A stretch of 64,000 bases of DNA, counting the filler, from Circinaria calcarea (Eukaryota): the NCBI GenBank assembly GCA_051942165.1. It is 11 parts of 11 records of this genome, joined end to end, with 100 filler letters (N's around TTAATTAATTAA, not from the genome) between each part and the next. Parts side by side here need not be neighbours in the genome. Positions count along the whole stretch, not along the records: positions 1 to 5,744 come from JAVECS010001801.1; positions 5,845 to 11,584 come from JAVECS010001802.1; 9 more parts are not named here. One strand, 5' to 3'. The notes beneath the pieces were generated by a model. It was not told the origin of the DNA and ran no database searches. It was given only the letters and a program-made list of their open reading frames with translations. Position 1 is the stretch's first letter. Every line of letters starts with the position of its first letter. Below, one piece after another: positions 1-11,684 of the stretch. The position numbers were made by a program, and so were the translations under genes.

Positions 1-2254
1 CCCCACAAACTCCATAAAGGCGTTGAATAACTGAAGATCACGGCCAGCACGTTTCCGAGCGACGTCCAGGGCAGTGAGACCGTCAGACCTCTTGTGGTAG
101 ATGTCGCGGGTTGCTAAGCGGGCCTTGGTGAGTAGTCGAAGGGACTCGAGGTCCGCATTCTCCGCGACTAGATGGAGAAATGAGCCATAATCCTGAATTT
201 CTCCTGAGTGGTCGGCACCACGTTGTAGAAGTAGTTTTAGAACTGAATGACTATTACTTTCTACAGCGTATGAAATCGCGGTAGTACCATCTACTGCTTT
301 GATGTGGATATCAGCGCCTAATTCAATGAGTCTAATAGCAATTGTGTGATTGTCAAAACCAATGGCATACATCAAAGGTGATACCTCATCACCTGTGATA
401 GCATTGATGTCGGCATGATAAGAGGCCAGTAAATAAAGCAATCCCAAATCGTCCCATCCTCCGGCTATCCAATGCAATGGACTCCTGCCTTGCGTGTTGG
501 TGGTGTTAACATTGGCTCCATGATCGAGAAGAAGTTGCACACATGATCGAGATCCAGACCGTACTGCATAAGATAAGGGGGTGTTTCCAAGTCTGTCAGC
601 TTTGTGTACATCAGCTCCATGGTGAAGTAACACCTCAAGTGCCCAGAGATCCCCCCTATGTGAGCTCCAGGAAATGGCCGTTCGACCATCAACATCGACG
701 TCATCTATCATTGTAGAACATCGCGGGAGCACCTCTTCAAGACTGACAGAGTTAAGCCTGAGCACTGCCTTATGTAACAAACCAAACCTATGACTCTCGA
801 AATCCGGATCGGGAAACATTTTTCGGAATGCATCCGTGATTGCTAAGCTAAAGGCTCTAACAAGTACGCAAACCCATGCCACACCATGAGGGGTCCTATA
901 ATCGAGAAATATCGTAAGCATTTGCAAGGTGACTCTCAAATAGTCAAAATATTGTGGGGAGACCAACATTTGCTGAATATTTTCACTATGAGGATCCGCA
1001 CCTGACTTAAGCAACACCTTACAAATTTCCACTTTGCCCGCTTTGACGGCTTGCTAAACACGGCACTTATTCAGCACAGGCATTGTATTGGGTGAAATTG
1101 ATCGTACTTACGTCAAGAGGTGTACTATATTGAATACTATCAATAACATGTGCAGAGAATTCACGTGAGGACAGCAATGACTTTAAACCCTCGACATCCC
1201 CACTCCTGCAATGTCTAAATATTTTGGCGTCGCCCCAAACGATCTGTGATACCCGTAAACCTTGAGTAAGGCCATCAGGCTTTGATAAATGCGCGAACAG
1301 TTCTAGTGCACGGGCCATAAACCATCCTGGGAAGTAGTATTTGATGTAGATAACTGGCCCCGACCTTTCGAGGCATTCTTGATTGTTGCACTTGGGACTG
1401 AGTAACGGCAGTCCGGTATAACCAACAAAGAGAAGCCCAAGGAAGGCTTTTAAACTCCGTGGGCTATTACAAGTAGCATGATGGTGGCAGCAGCATGTGC
1501 AACCGGACATGCACGTTACGTTACGTCTCTGACGGATACTTAAAGGCTGCAGGCCCCATCTTCCACTATATCCTCTTTCGGGGCCGGAAGTATTCCTGGT
1601 TGTCGAGATAGGCGCCGGAAGTACCTGTCTTGCGTTGTATGTTGTAAGGAGCCTGTTAAGGTTTACTTCCATTCGTCTTTGACCTTGAATGATTTCAGAC
1701 ATGGCTCTTTCGGTATTGTCCTGCCTTATAATCGCCTGGGCCGTCCCTTGCTGATTATGAAACTGGTCGTTGATAAGGCACAGCTCCGCAACCTGGAATT
1801 CGATCCTGAGGGTAGTCTTGGCAGCAAAAATTCCTACCATAGCTGCAAGACTCACTCGTATTGAGCGGATCTCTTCTCGGGTGTGTTGTACCTGTTTCTG
1901 TTCCCGTAGCCATGCTCGTCGACTGAGTTTAGCTTCACCACTTGGCCCAGCTGAAGTCAGTTTGTATTCAAGTAGAGATTCCAATTCCAGCAACTTCTCT
2001 CTTGCTCGATCCAGCATGAGTCCAAGGCCCGTGAGCAGACGGTCTGTTCTCAAATGCGCCGAGGTACTCTCATGATGTTCTTGGAGTAGCTGACTGATCT
2101 CAAGGACTATGAGATGAAGGTCTGACACCTCGTTGTTGAGTGCTAGTAATGCATCTGACGCATCCTTCGAAGTGACCTGTCTCAAGACACTTGCAAGACT
2201 CCCGCCGGAACCTAGAATTGTGAGAATAGCGACTGCTACAGACAAAGGATCCAT
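1..2254 (-). CDS. Fungal HeLo-like/STAND N-terminal domain + Cys-rich region + ankyrin-repeat protein (multi-exon, 3' end runs off the window)
   Basis: N-terminus MDPLSVAVAILTIL...LLALNNEVSDL is typical of fungal HeLo-like N-terminal domains, followed by a CxxxCxCxCH motif. After introns (~1110-1054, ~966-896) the minus strand reads as multiple ankyrin repeats (GRTAISWSSHRGDLWALEVLLHHGADV, GNTPLSYAVRSGSRSCVQLLLDHGANVN, GRSPLHWIA), open to position 1. Confidence 0.85.
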
Positions 2255-5025
2255 TTCTTCGATTCAGAAGATCCGAGTGGGGGTGGATAGGTGACTTTGG
2301 AATGGCACGAATAATTGTCGTCGTGCAATATCAAACCTTCAGATGCGGAATAACTTTATGCTTCATCGATACCTAGAGCTGTTGAAACTATTGCCAATAG
2401 GCAATTGCAAGAAAAAGGCGGTTTCGCAGAGATGCCAAAGGGTCTTATGAGGCGCCCGGAGAGTTCAGCCTGCGCTCTTATCGGACTTGCCACATAGTGG
2501 CAGGAGCCACGACATACTTCCCTGTGCCCGACTTAAGGGAAGGGTCCTCGGAGATGTGGTCCAGCGTAGCCTTGTCATCTAAGCCAGGCCAATTTGAGGT
2601 TGTACAACGATGTGCACTTCGCTGGCTCCTCTGACCGAAAGCCATTATGCTGATCGACAGACTCCTGTGGTAGCAGAGCTTGGTTCGTCCATTTTATAAG
2701 GGTCCTATAGACTTGCACACTGCAATGCAGACACTTACCCGCTCCGCTCAATTAAAACATATCTAGAGTGTCGCCGTAGGATTGCATCTCTCGTACTTTG
2801 AATGAACTCACTTTCGTAATAGAACCATTAGTAGCATTGCTTGCCCTTGAGCCGTTGTAAGAAACCAATTTTAGAATCAGTCATAGCAGCGCTTGTTGCA
2901 GGGTCGGCTAATCACTTTTACCATCGTTTCCTTTCTCGCAAACCTCGCCTGGGCTTCATATGAATTTGCTGAAAATATAGGAAGTCGCCTTCAACCATAG
3001 ATTCCAGCAACCTTCTTTTCATGGCCAGCAAGACTCTTTATAAGCCTTCGCCGGTGTTTTTGCGACATGGCAAGAAAAGCAATGGGACTTTTAAGGTAGA
3101 ATTTTAAAACTTCGAAGGCGATCCGAGGCCGCTGTACGGAGTGACCTGAACGATTACGATCTGAGCAGCTGGACCTTAGGTGTAACATGCAAGGCTGCTG
3201 CTGTAATTGTCCCGGCTTTCTGGTTGATTGGTGGTCATCAATGCATTAGGCTACAGAGACTCTCCATCCGCGCCATGCGTTCCCCTTAACGTTCACGCTA
3301 GTTCTGAAAACGCCTTCTGCATTGGTTGCGACAAAATACGCAGAGCAGTTATTTCCGTATACTACCTTGCCGTGCGCATTTTCCACAAAGCCCTGTATCG
3401 GCAAAAATGCGTTGGTTGCTGAAGTGATCGCCATAAGAGCAACGGTAAGTGCGGTAACCCATGTCGAGGGGTCTGGTGGTGCAGATCTATTCCTGATATC
3501 TGGGGATAGGTGAACGACGGAAGAACCAGGTGGGAATGCTGTCGTGGCGGAGCTTTATCGCATAGAACTATACTCGGATCTTTGAAGAAGTACCGTGAAT
3601 TGGGGAAAGGATAACGGCTCGCGCCACCACCATTATTTCTCATGCTCGACTATACATATCGTCGTAAACGTGAACTCCACAGCTAGCGTTGCTATTCGTC
3701 CCTTAAAGATAGTCAGCTGTCATGACCTTGCTAAGCCCCCTTCCTTTTGGCATTGATCTTACAGCCGACGTTATATGGAAAGGCATTTGATTTCCTGATG
3801 CTGCAGCGCTGACAGCCTTCCCAAAATCAATCTCCGGTATCTTGGGCCAATTGGCAGGACCCGTCAGCCGTAGTGCAGGCCAAGCCGCGCAATAATATGA
3901 CGTATGGAGGAGATCAATATAAGCAGACAGTCGTTGTTTAGGTTTTTGGACTCTATACGGACAGATTTGCTGCCAGTACTTGCAACAGTCTCTGATGTGT
4001 CAATCCCGAGAACAGCAGACGTCGGGGATACTTGAGTGACATTATCTGCGCAAAGCTAGCTTTCTCCACATAATTGGACAAGTAGGGGCCACATACTCAT
4101 CTAGACCCCTTGGTGTCTTACTGCGTAAAGCCGATACATCGGTTACTAACTCTGAAGTAGTAATAGTGTCAAACGAACAAGGTTACTCCATCTGCAGAAA
4201 TGTAGTCACATATTATACTATGCTGCAAGTGATCACCTACCTCCAGGAATCTTCGAGTTGGTAGCTGGTATGACAGATATCGATTCTCTTGCTCCCCCGA
4301 CGGCCACTACAACGAAACTCAACAACAGTGATCTCCGCCTACCAGGTTCGATTCATTGGAGACCATTTACCTCCCCTAATGATTGACTACCAGAGTAACG
4401 GGGCGAAAGGGCGTCCAACTAGGAGACGAGAGCGCCAACATCGCCATAGGTTGACCATGTCTCATGAACGCGAGCAGCATTTCGACACTAGAAACGCGGA
4501 TCTGACAGCGTAGGGATGGACGATAGGTTTTCGAAATTAAATAGTGGTAAGCGTGGAAGTCTGGACTTGGCAAGACACTGATAGGAGGAGAAAGGCTCCC
4601 AGTTATTGGAAGACGAGAGGTGTCAGATACTCGTACTAGCGTATTTCATACTAGTGCGCCAAAGCATTCTGTACGGATGCGTTTGATGCAGTTCGGTGAG
4701 ATGCTCATCGCTGCTAGCCCTGAGCATTGCGACTGACGACGATGTTTGGGTCGATACAACGAGACCCTCTCAGCTCCAACTAATCACATGCAAACGGAGC
4801 CTCCCTTTCTAGCCCATCCGCATCCGGACTACGGTGGCAGCTACCCCTGAGCTAGATAAGCACTTTAAACGGACGTTCAGCGCCCCACGTTTCGACCTCG
4901 CGCCAATAAAGGCTCCCGGCTCCCGGCGCCCGGCTCCTGTACCTGACTTCGTTCAAGCTGCCCTCGAAGAAGCTCAACATTGCCCAGCCTTACTGAGCAG
5001 CTTGGACATACATACTTACGCAAAC

Positions 5026-5744
5026 ATGAAAATCTTTGGACATATACGATCGCGCTCCAAGGCGAAGAATGGAATTGAATCGCAAGTTTACGAACAACAT
5101 GCGCCTATGCCAGCGAGAACAAACGGCAAGGGAGGGAGAGGATCAATGCTAGCCTCAAGGTTGCCGGTGCACTTATTGAGAAAAATATTCATATACATTT
5201 GTCCACACACGCAGGATGAGGCCTACACAACATCGGAGGACTCGATGATAGAGGATGGCTGCATGCTGTGTGATATGCGAGACCTGGCGCAATGCGCTTT
5301 GGTTTGCCGGCACTGGGGGGAGGTGGCCCAGAATACTTTGTATGTGCTGTGATCAGGACTTCCTGGTGTGTTCTTTGATTTCGCTGATGTCTTTTTTTGC
5401 GCAGATATCATAGCGTCCGCCTCGACGCGGTTCATTATTGTCAGCGTGAAATTGATCTGTCCGCAAAGCGGAAGCGCCGATCGTTCTTCGAGCGTAATGG
5501 AGAACCCAAGGACGCAACACAGCAGCGGCTACAGCTCTTCTCGAGGACGGTCAGAGACAGGGAGTACCTGGCCGTTCTTGTGCAGAATCTGAAAATGCCA
5601 TACATGACGAGGGAGACCTGCAAGGCAGATCTGGCCCGTACCGTCTCCGTGTTACCAAATCTGCAATATGTGGATCTACCCGAAGGATTCTACAGCGACG
5701 ATCCATCTTCAAGCACCCTGAAGCAAGAACTGCTGCATCGGTGT
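5026..5744 (+). CDS. F-box domain protein (partial, 3' truncated by contig end)
   Basis: RLPVHLLRKIF...MRDLAQCALVCRHW is F-box-like. A GT..AG intron at ~5340-5404 joins ORFs 4834-5352 and 5397-5792. Confidence 0.8.
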
Positions 5745-5844
5745 NNNNNNNNNNNNNNNNNNNNNNNNNNNNNNNNNNNNNNNNNNNNTTAATTAATTAA
5801 NNNNNNNNNNNNNNNNNNNNNNNNNNNNNNNNNNNNNNNNNNNN
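5745..5844. other. Artificial contig-joining linker (N44-TTAATTAATTAA-N44)
   Basis: Identical 100-bp linkers with stops in all six frames also occur at 11585-11684, 17425-17524, 23262-23361, 29099-29198, 34932-35031, 40763-40862, 46592-46691, 52421-52520 and 58246-58345. Confidence 0.98.
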
Positions 5845-5877
5845 ATTCTCCACCGTCCTCTAACCCCCCTCCTCCAG

Positions 5878-6299
5878 CTCCAATGCCGCATCTTCTCCAC
5901 AACCTACAACCCCTCACGCCTCCGCACCGGTAACAAGATCTTGCGCCAGCGCCTCAAAGGCCCCTCCGTTGCATCCTACTATCCGCGCAGAACCGTCACC
6001 ATGCGGGATTTGATGAATGCGTACCCGGACTTGGAGACGTGGGATGATGACGAGGAGGACCGGCTCGAGGGGCTGCAGATGTAAGGGGCGATGATTCTAT
6101 TTGAAGAATTGTTGTTTTAGAGGGATTGGTTGGCTGATTAGAGCGTACAGAGCGAAGCAGAGAGGCAAAGGCGCGCCGAAGAAGAAGAGGACCAAGGAGG
6201 GTAAGAAGGCATCGTAAATCCGCTTGAGTGTGCTTCCGTTGACGCTTTTCTACAGAATCAAAGAAGTTTGCGAGTAGGAAGAAGAAACCTGGGGCATGA
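5878..6299 (+). CDS. RSM27: Mitochondrial ribosomal protein mS33/Rsm27 (5' exon missing)
   Basis: Manual translation gives LQCRIFSTTYNPSRLRTGNKILRQRLKGPSVASYYPRR...DEEDRLE, intron 6081-6150, AKQRGKGAPKKKRTKE, intron 6201-6255, SKKFASRKKKPGA*. It is absent from the ORF track. Confidence 0.9.
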
Positions 6300-6572
6300 G
6301 TACTGTTCCGGAATCCTGGATCTATCGGTCTTTATACTGCATAGCGTGGGCGCTGAAGGGGTTGAACTACTCAAACCCTGACTTTTTATTATATACTTGA
6401 GTTCTGGTCATTATGGGACAGCTGGATTGGCATGCTATGGCTACTCAAGTCTAACCATGAAAGTTCTTCCATGCGCCACAATTAAACTAATATGTTGAGT
6501 TCTTGACGCGTCCCGCAACATCATTAGTTAAGTCTTTGTTACCAACAGTATTGCCTAACTATAGTGTCCCGC

Positions 6573-6880
6573 TTAACTTCCGTATACCCAGGATCCTCTG
6601 GTCCAGCCCACCGAATTTAGCCACTCGAGGAACTCTGAGTCATCCATGGGCCCCGTGACAGACAACATGTCAATATCGGGCAAAACTTGTTGTCCTGCTA
6701 CCGAAGGTGCTTCTAAAGCAGAGTTCAGGGCTATGACTGGGCCCAGTACTTGATTGAGAATGCATTTGACTCCTTTCCTCATGCGAGCACATAGCGTATA
6801 GTCATCCGCTATCGGACGGACCTAGTTGAGACAGCCGATTAATATACTCAGGTTCTGTATGATTCCCTCGAGACTCAGCC
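6573..6880 (-). pseudogene. 3' fragment of a fungal-specific (Zn2Cys6-type) transcription factor with an in-frame stop
   Basis: Reads IIQNLSILIGCLN*VRPIADDYTLCARMRKGVKCILNQVL...DDSEFLEWLNSVGWTRG. The TAG at 6822-6824 sits where homologous TF tails usually have Trp (W-V-R-P). No upstream part is present. Confidence 0.55.
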
Positions 6881-6923
6881 ACGTAACTTGGGAGCATATC
6901 GGCGATGACCTTGAGTGTTGCTT

Positions 6924-7896
6924 TCAAGGGTCAATAAGGTTGCTCTGACTTTGAACAGCCAGACGACTGAACAACTCAAACTCCATTCGTTCGGCAGGTT
7001 TGGGTCCCTCGAGAATCTCCCCCATCATGTCGGAACCTGGTGGGAAGTCACTCTCGAATATAGGCTCGCCATTGCCCTTCATGTTCGCAAGAACGGCCTG
7101 CCTAAAATGCCATCGTAATAGTTCGTCGGCAGGTCGCTCGGGATGACCGAGCAGTTCCTGGTCGAGATGGGTGACTGCAATTCCTTTCGCATCATGCGCG
7201 AAATGCATAATCTTGTGGTTGTCCTAAGTGCGTCAGTCATAATGACTTAAGAGACACGACAAGAGGTACGTACGTCGGGGTTGATTGAGAATAAATAATT
7301 AGTGAATAGTGCGTGTATGGAAGTGTCTAGAAGTAACCCGTTCTGTACGGAGTTTATCGAGCTACCAAAAGCAGAGGGAATTGTGATCCAACGTGAGAAA
7401 TCGTTGGCTAACCAATGTTGCTCATAGGCTAGTGGGAAGATATGCGCTGCTTCGAAACCTGTCCAATCCCCACGGAATGCTCCCAGTGCTCTTTCTTTGG
7501 TCACCACGCATCGTCTGTCCCTAGCACGGACGGCATCCCGGAAGGCCTGGTAACATGTCCCCGTGCCCATCGAGTTCGTACGCACCAACCATTCCTCGCT
7601 ATTGATGGCAAAGGTTCATATATAACTTAAAAGTTGATCACGATCAAGGTAGGATTATGAAACCTACCGACAACATAGTAATTCCTCGGTTGGAGCTGAT
7701 CTTCACTTCTCGGAACAACAATCCCAGCCTCATCTTGCAAGACGTATAAAGTTCGAAAGATTAGCAGAATTTCAACCATCTGATAAAGGTTGTTATTAGT
7801 CACGCCCCTGGTCAGGAGCAGGCCGCCGAACGGCGTAGTTCGATCCTTTGAATCGAAAAGGTGAACATCACGCCCGACCCCTCGACCCACAGCCAT
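6924..7896 (-). CDS. Fungal HNH-nuclease domain protein (HNH_2-like) with N-terminal beta-rich header domain; 3 exons
   Basis: Motifs FRDAVRARDRRCVVT, FEAAHIFP, INSVQNGLLL..IHALF..YLFSINPD and LLRWHFRQAVLANMKG are spread over ORFs 7627-7896, 7247-7588 and 6924-7208 and joined by GT-AG introns. Confidence 0.85.
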
Positions 7897-10864
7897 ATTC
7901 TAGCTCAATTGCACAAATAGGTAGTAGGTAGCTTGCAGATATAGATATATGCAAAACGAAGTACTCAAAGGGCGATTGCTTGCGTGTTTTCTGCGTGTTA
8001 GCTAAGGTTAGTAATGGTGAACAAATGAATCGTGAGCATTGGTGAGTTAGACTCACTACCTACCTTTCATCAGCTGATGAAGGTGGTTTGCTTGACGAAG
8101 GAAGTCCGAGGTGAATATAGTAGATCTTGGCTTCCGCTCGCCTATTCCATTCCGGCGCTACGGACAGAAACCCCAAGGCTGAAGTGGGCAATCTATATCG
8201 CGGCCCGAGTTAATGCGAGCGAAATTTAGGCATCGACATGATATCCCAAGGTAAGCGTGGCGCTGTCGTAACATGTGTTGCTGTGGGTAGGTTTTCCAAT
8301 TATATGTAAACCCCACCGGATACCATGGAGAGGCCCATTGTAAACACCGGGTCTGGAACGCTGACTCGGATCGTTTACGCCAACTGACTCACTTTTGGGA
8401 TACCCACCTCCCCCACCGTAAGAATTCTGACTCCAGAGTCTATATGAGACTTGGAGCGCTCGATCGAGCCTTGACAGTATCAAGTCATTGAATACCGATT
8501 ACTACCCACACCAACACGAGGCGTTCTCTCCACCCACTACGTACTACTCTACTCCTCTGTTGATACCAGGATCCTTTACTATCTCCATCAACATGCCTTC
8601 CGTCGATTTCGGCAACTCCCACTCGGACCCATCGGGTCTAAATCCATCTGCATCTCGGTCCAAGCCGAAGTCCGGCAGCCCACCACGTGACCAAGGACGA
8701 TCCTCGGCGTCCTCGATAAGTGAATCCAGTGTGGATGAGAAGGAGAGAAAGCGGGAAGGTATGTCAAACCCACCCAGTCGATGAACATATCGAGCTAATG
8801 TCTTTTAGCATCCTCTAGGAACGCTTCCGAGCCCCTGACCCTGTGGAAGATAGCAACACGGGGCTTTGACAGGCAGTATCCAAAAGCGAAATAGCGCTAT
8901 CGATGAACGATGTGGAAGTTGGCCTTGATCGTGTACAGCTTATGGTCCTGTACAGGACGTTGCTGGCGGGTTAGAAGGAGAGGAAAGCCGTGGATGCGGC
9001 CTGGCCTGGAATAAATCTGCAGGAGCCTTGAACATTGCTTTCAAGAGCCAGTAAGGCTGCTCAGTCAAAGGATGATGACAGCGATCCTTCAAACGAATTC
9101 AATCCCCATATGATTCTTCCATTAACCTTTCTTGCCGGAATGCAAGACAGATTTGCGCATTGATTTGGCCCGTTTTACATATCTCGCCGTCTCCTGCTAC
9201 CTCTTGGCATTCCCTATCGTTTAATGTGCGTAGGTCTCGGTTCGGCAAGCTAAGATCTGTTTCATGAACGAATCGACCACACTCCGAACAGAATGTCTGA
9301 GGAGTCATTGTCCATGGAACCGGGGGAACTTTCAATATTAAATGGGAACCGAGAAGTGGGAAGGAAAACACCGGCATTTAGAAAAGATAATTGGAGAATT
9401 GATAGGCCTGAACTCGATAGGGTAAAACTCGCGAATCAACACTACTAGAGTATCACGATAGTAGAAACGTCTATGTCAATCGGTAGCGACTGGCTCAACT
9501 GAAATCTCTCTAGTTGCCAGCGTGCTGTTGTAAACATGAATGCATTCAAGGCCGAGATGTGAAAGCCCTCATGGCAGGAGACGACTGGTAGATTGTCTCA
9601 CGCTTTATTCATGAATCTCGCATAGGGAGTTCTCCGACGCCGGCATAAGAAATGTTACCTTCCCTTTTTCTAAGGGTTCATAAAGGTTTTGCTAAGGCAT
9701 ACACGTGTGGGACGAAAACCGCGCTTGGCATCAACGGATCAATTTTTGCTCGCGTGCTCGATTGCCCAATGGAGATCCATTACGGTAAAGCCCGCGCGAT
9801 AGACCAATCACTTGCTGGCAGCTTATCTCTTGGAACACCGGCTATCGGGCTGGTCGCACTAAATAGAAGGGAAAAACGGGGGTAAGGTCGACGAGGGATA
9901 GGGAGAATTGGACAAAGGGCAGTTTGGGAGATGAACGCAGCTGGTACTCTGCTGACGCTTTTGGCGCATACCCTCATGAAGGCCAACTGTCAGAAAGGGA
10001 TTACGAGTCATTTCTGCAGTAGCAAGGAAGACACTGTAGTACCCGAATGACTCCACTCGACTCATCTGCCACGAATAGGTTCACTACGGAGGTAAAGCGG
10101 AACTACTACCCTTCCCTTACTCCGTAGTGCCCCGGCCTCACCGCTAATGCACGCCACATGTACCCTTTGTGCCTTCCTCCAGCCGAGTTGACCGGGTAGG
10201 GGAATAATTTCAAGATGCAGCGTTTTTCAGATGCACAGAGCGATGTAATTCGTGGGCCATAACCCCAATTCAAAGGTCATTGGAGACTTGAAGCACTACA
10301 CTCCAGCTCTCGGCTCCTGGTATTGCCGTGAGAATGCATAAGAGCGGATAAATCTGTGCGTGCGTGACTCGTCATGCCAACCCAAGATGACATAATACCA
10401 TGGGATGGATTGCCCTGTGAGATTTGCAAGCAAACAAAAAATGGGGTAGCAAACGGTTCAGGTGCCAAGAATGTGGGAATGGGCCACGCGACTTCCTTCC
10501 TCTCTCGATCCAGCCGAATTTTCTTTCTTAATTGATTAATCAGTCAATCAACAGACGGCTATTATGCACGTCTACACGTTGCTGTTGCAGTGTGTCTGGC
10601 AGGTCTTCCTGCGGGATGTATAACCGGCCTGGGCATCAGCATACTCTCAATCTTGTTCCTATTCAACCCTCCGACCTGGCTTTCGTCTTTCCGTGTGAAA
10701 TGCTCCCACTCTTACTGTGTGCTGCACACCTGATACCCGTCCGCACGGATAACGATTCGACCAGACCCTAACCTGCATCTCTCAGGACCCAAGTCACTTG
10801 AGCCCTGGTCCATAACTGCTTCAACTCCTCGCAGAGCAGGGCGAAAACTTGGCTTGAAAACAGA

Positions 10865-11584
10865 ATGAGACTGCTTCTACCAACAATAACATTTGCCATC
10901 GGATGCGGCATCCTCACGCAAACGATTGCGGCCCCTCATGTCGTGAACGATGAGGCTAAACTGCCACCCAAGGAGGCCGACGAAGCTGCCGAGTTGGCGA
11001 AGCTAAAGGTCTACGAAGACTCCATGAAGTACTTCCATGAGCCAGGCAATACGGACTTGTTGGGCCATTATGATACCCGATTTTACAAGGGCATGTTGAG
11101 CTATGAGGATAAGCGAGACACTCAAGTCCACATGATTCGAGCGTATCTGGAAAAATGTAGATCCCTCGGATTGGAGACTTGGATTGCCCACGGCACGTTA
11201 TTGGGGTGGTGGTGGAATGGAAAGGTATGTCGGTTGACTCGATGTGGTGTGCTTGATTCAAATTCTGACAAAATCTGCTCGAATTAGATGCTCCCTTGGG
11301 ACTGGGACATTGACACGCAAATGTCATCATCGACGCTTGAATACATTGCAATACATATGAACCATACCTTCCATACCTACACTGCAGCCTCCTCCGAGTC
11401 CCATAACAGATCTGTCACGCGCACATATCTCCTCGATGTCAACCCGCATGCGGTAGAACGCGAGCGCGGCGATGGATTCAACATCATTGACGCTCGCTGG
11501 ATAGATGTACACAACGGTTTGTACATTGATATCACTGGTCTAAGCGAAACACATCCGGATGTGCAGCCCGGAATCTGGAGCTGC
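10865..11584 (+). CDS. LicD/fukutin-family, MNN4-like phosphotransferase (partial)
   Basis: Signal peptide, KYFHEPG, HYDTRFY, TWIAHGTLLGWWWNGK-intron-MLPWDWDID and NIIDARWID..NGLYIDITGL. Confidence 0.9.
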
Positions 11585-11684
11585 NNNNNNNNNNNNNNNN
11601 NNNNNNNNNNNNNNNNNNNNNNNNNNNNTTAATTAATTAANNNNNNNNNNNNNNNNNNNNNNNNNNNNNNNNNNNNNNNNNNNN

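Noticed and set aside
3228..3643. Cluster of short overlapping ORFs
   Set aside because: No recognisable domain or consistent splice model was found.
8593..9110. Small Ser-rich spliced gene
   Set aside because: A plausible intron exists at ~8759-8808, but the next exon stops after about 28 codons and no homology was recognised.
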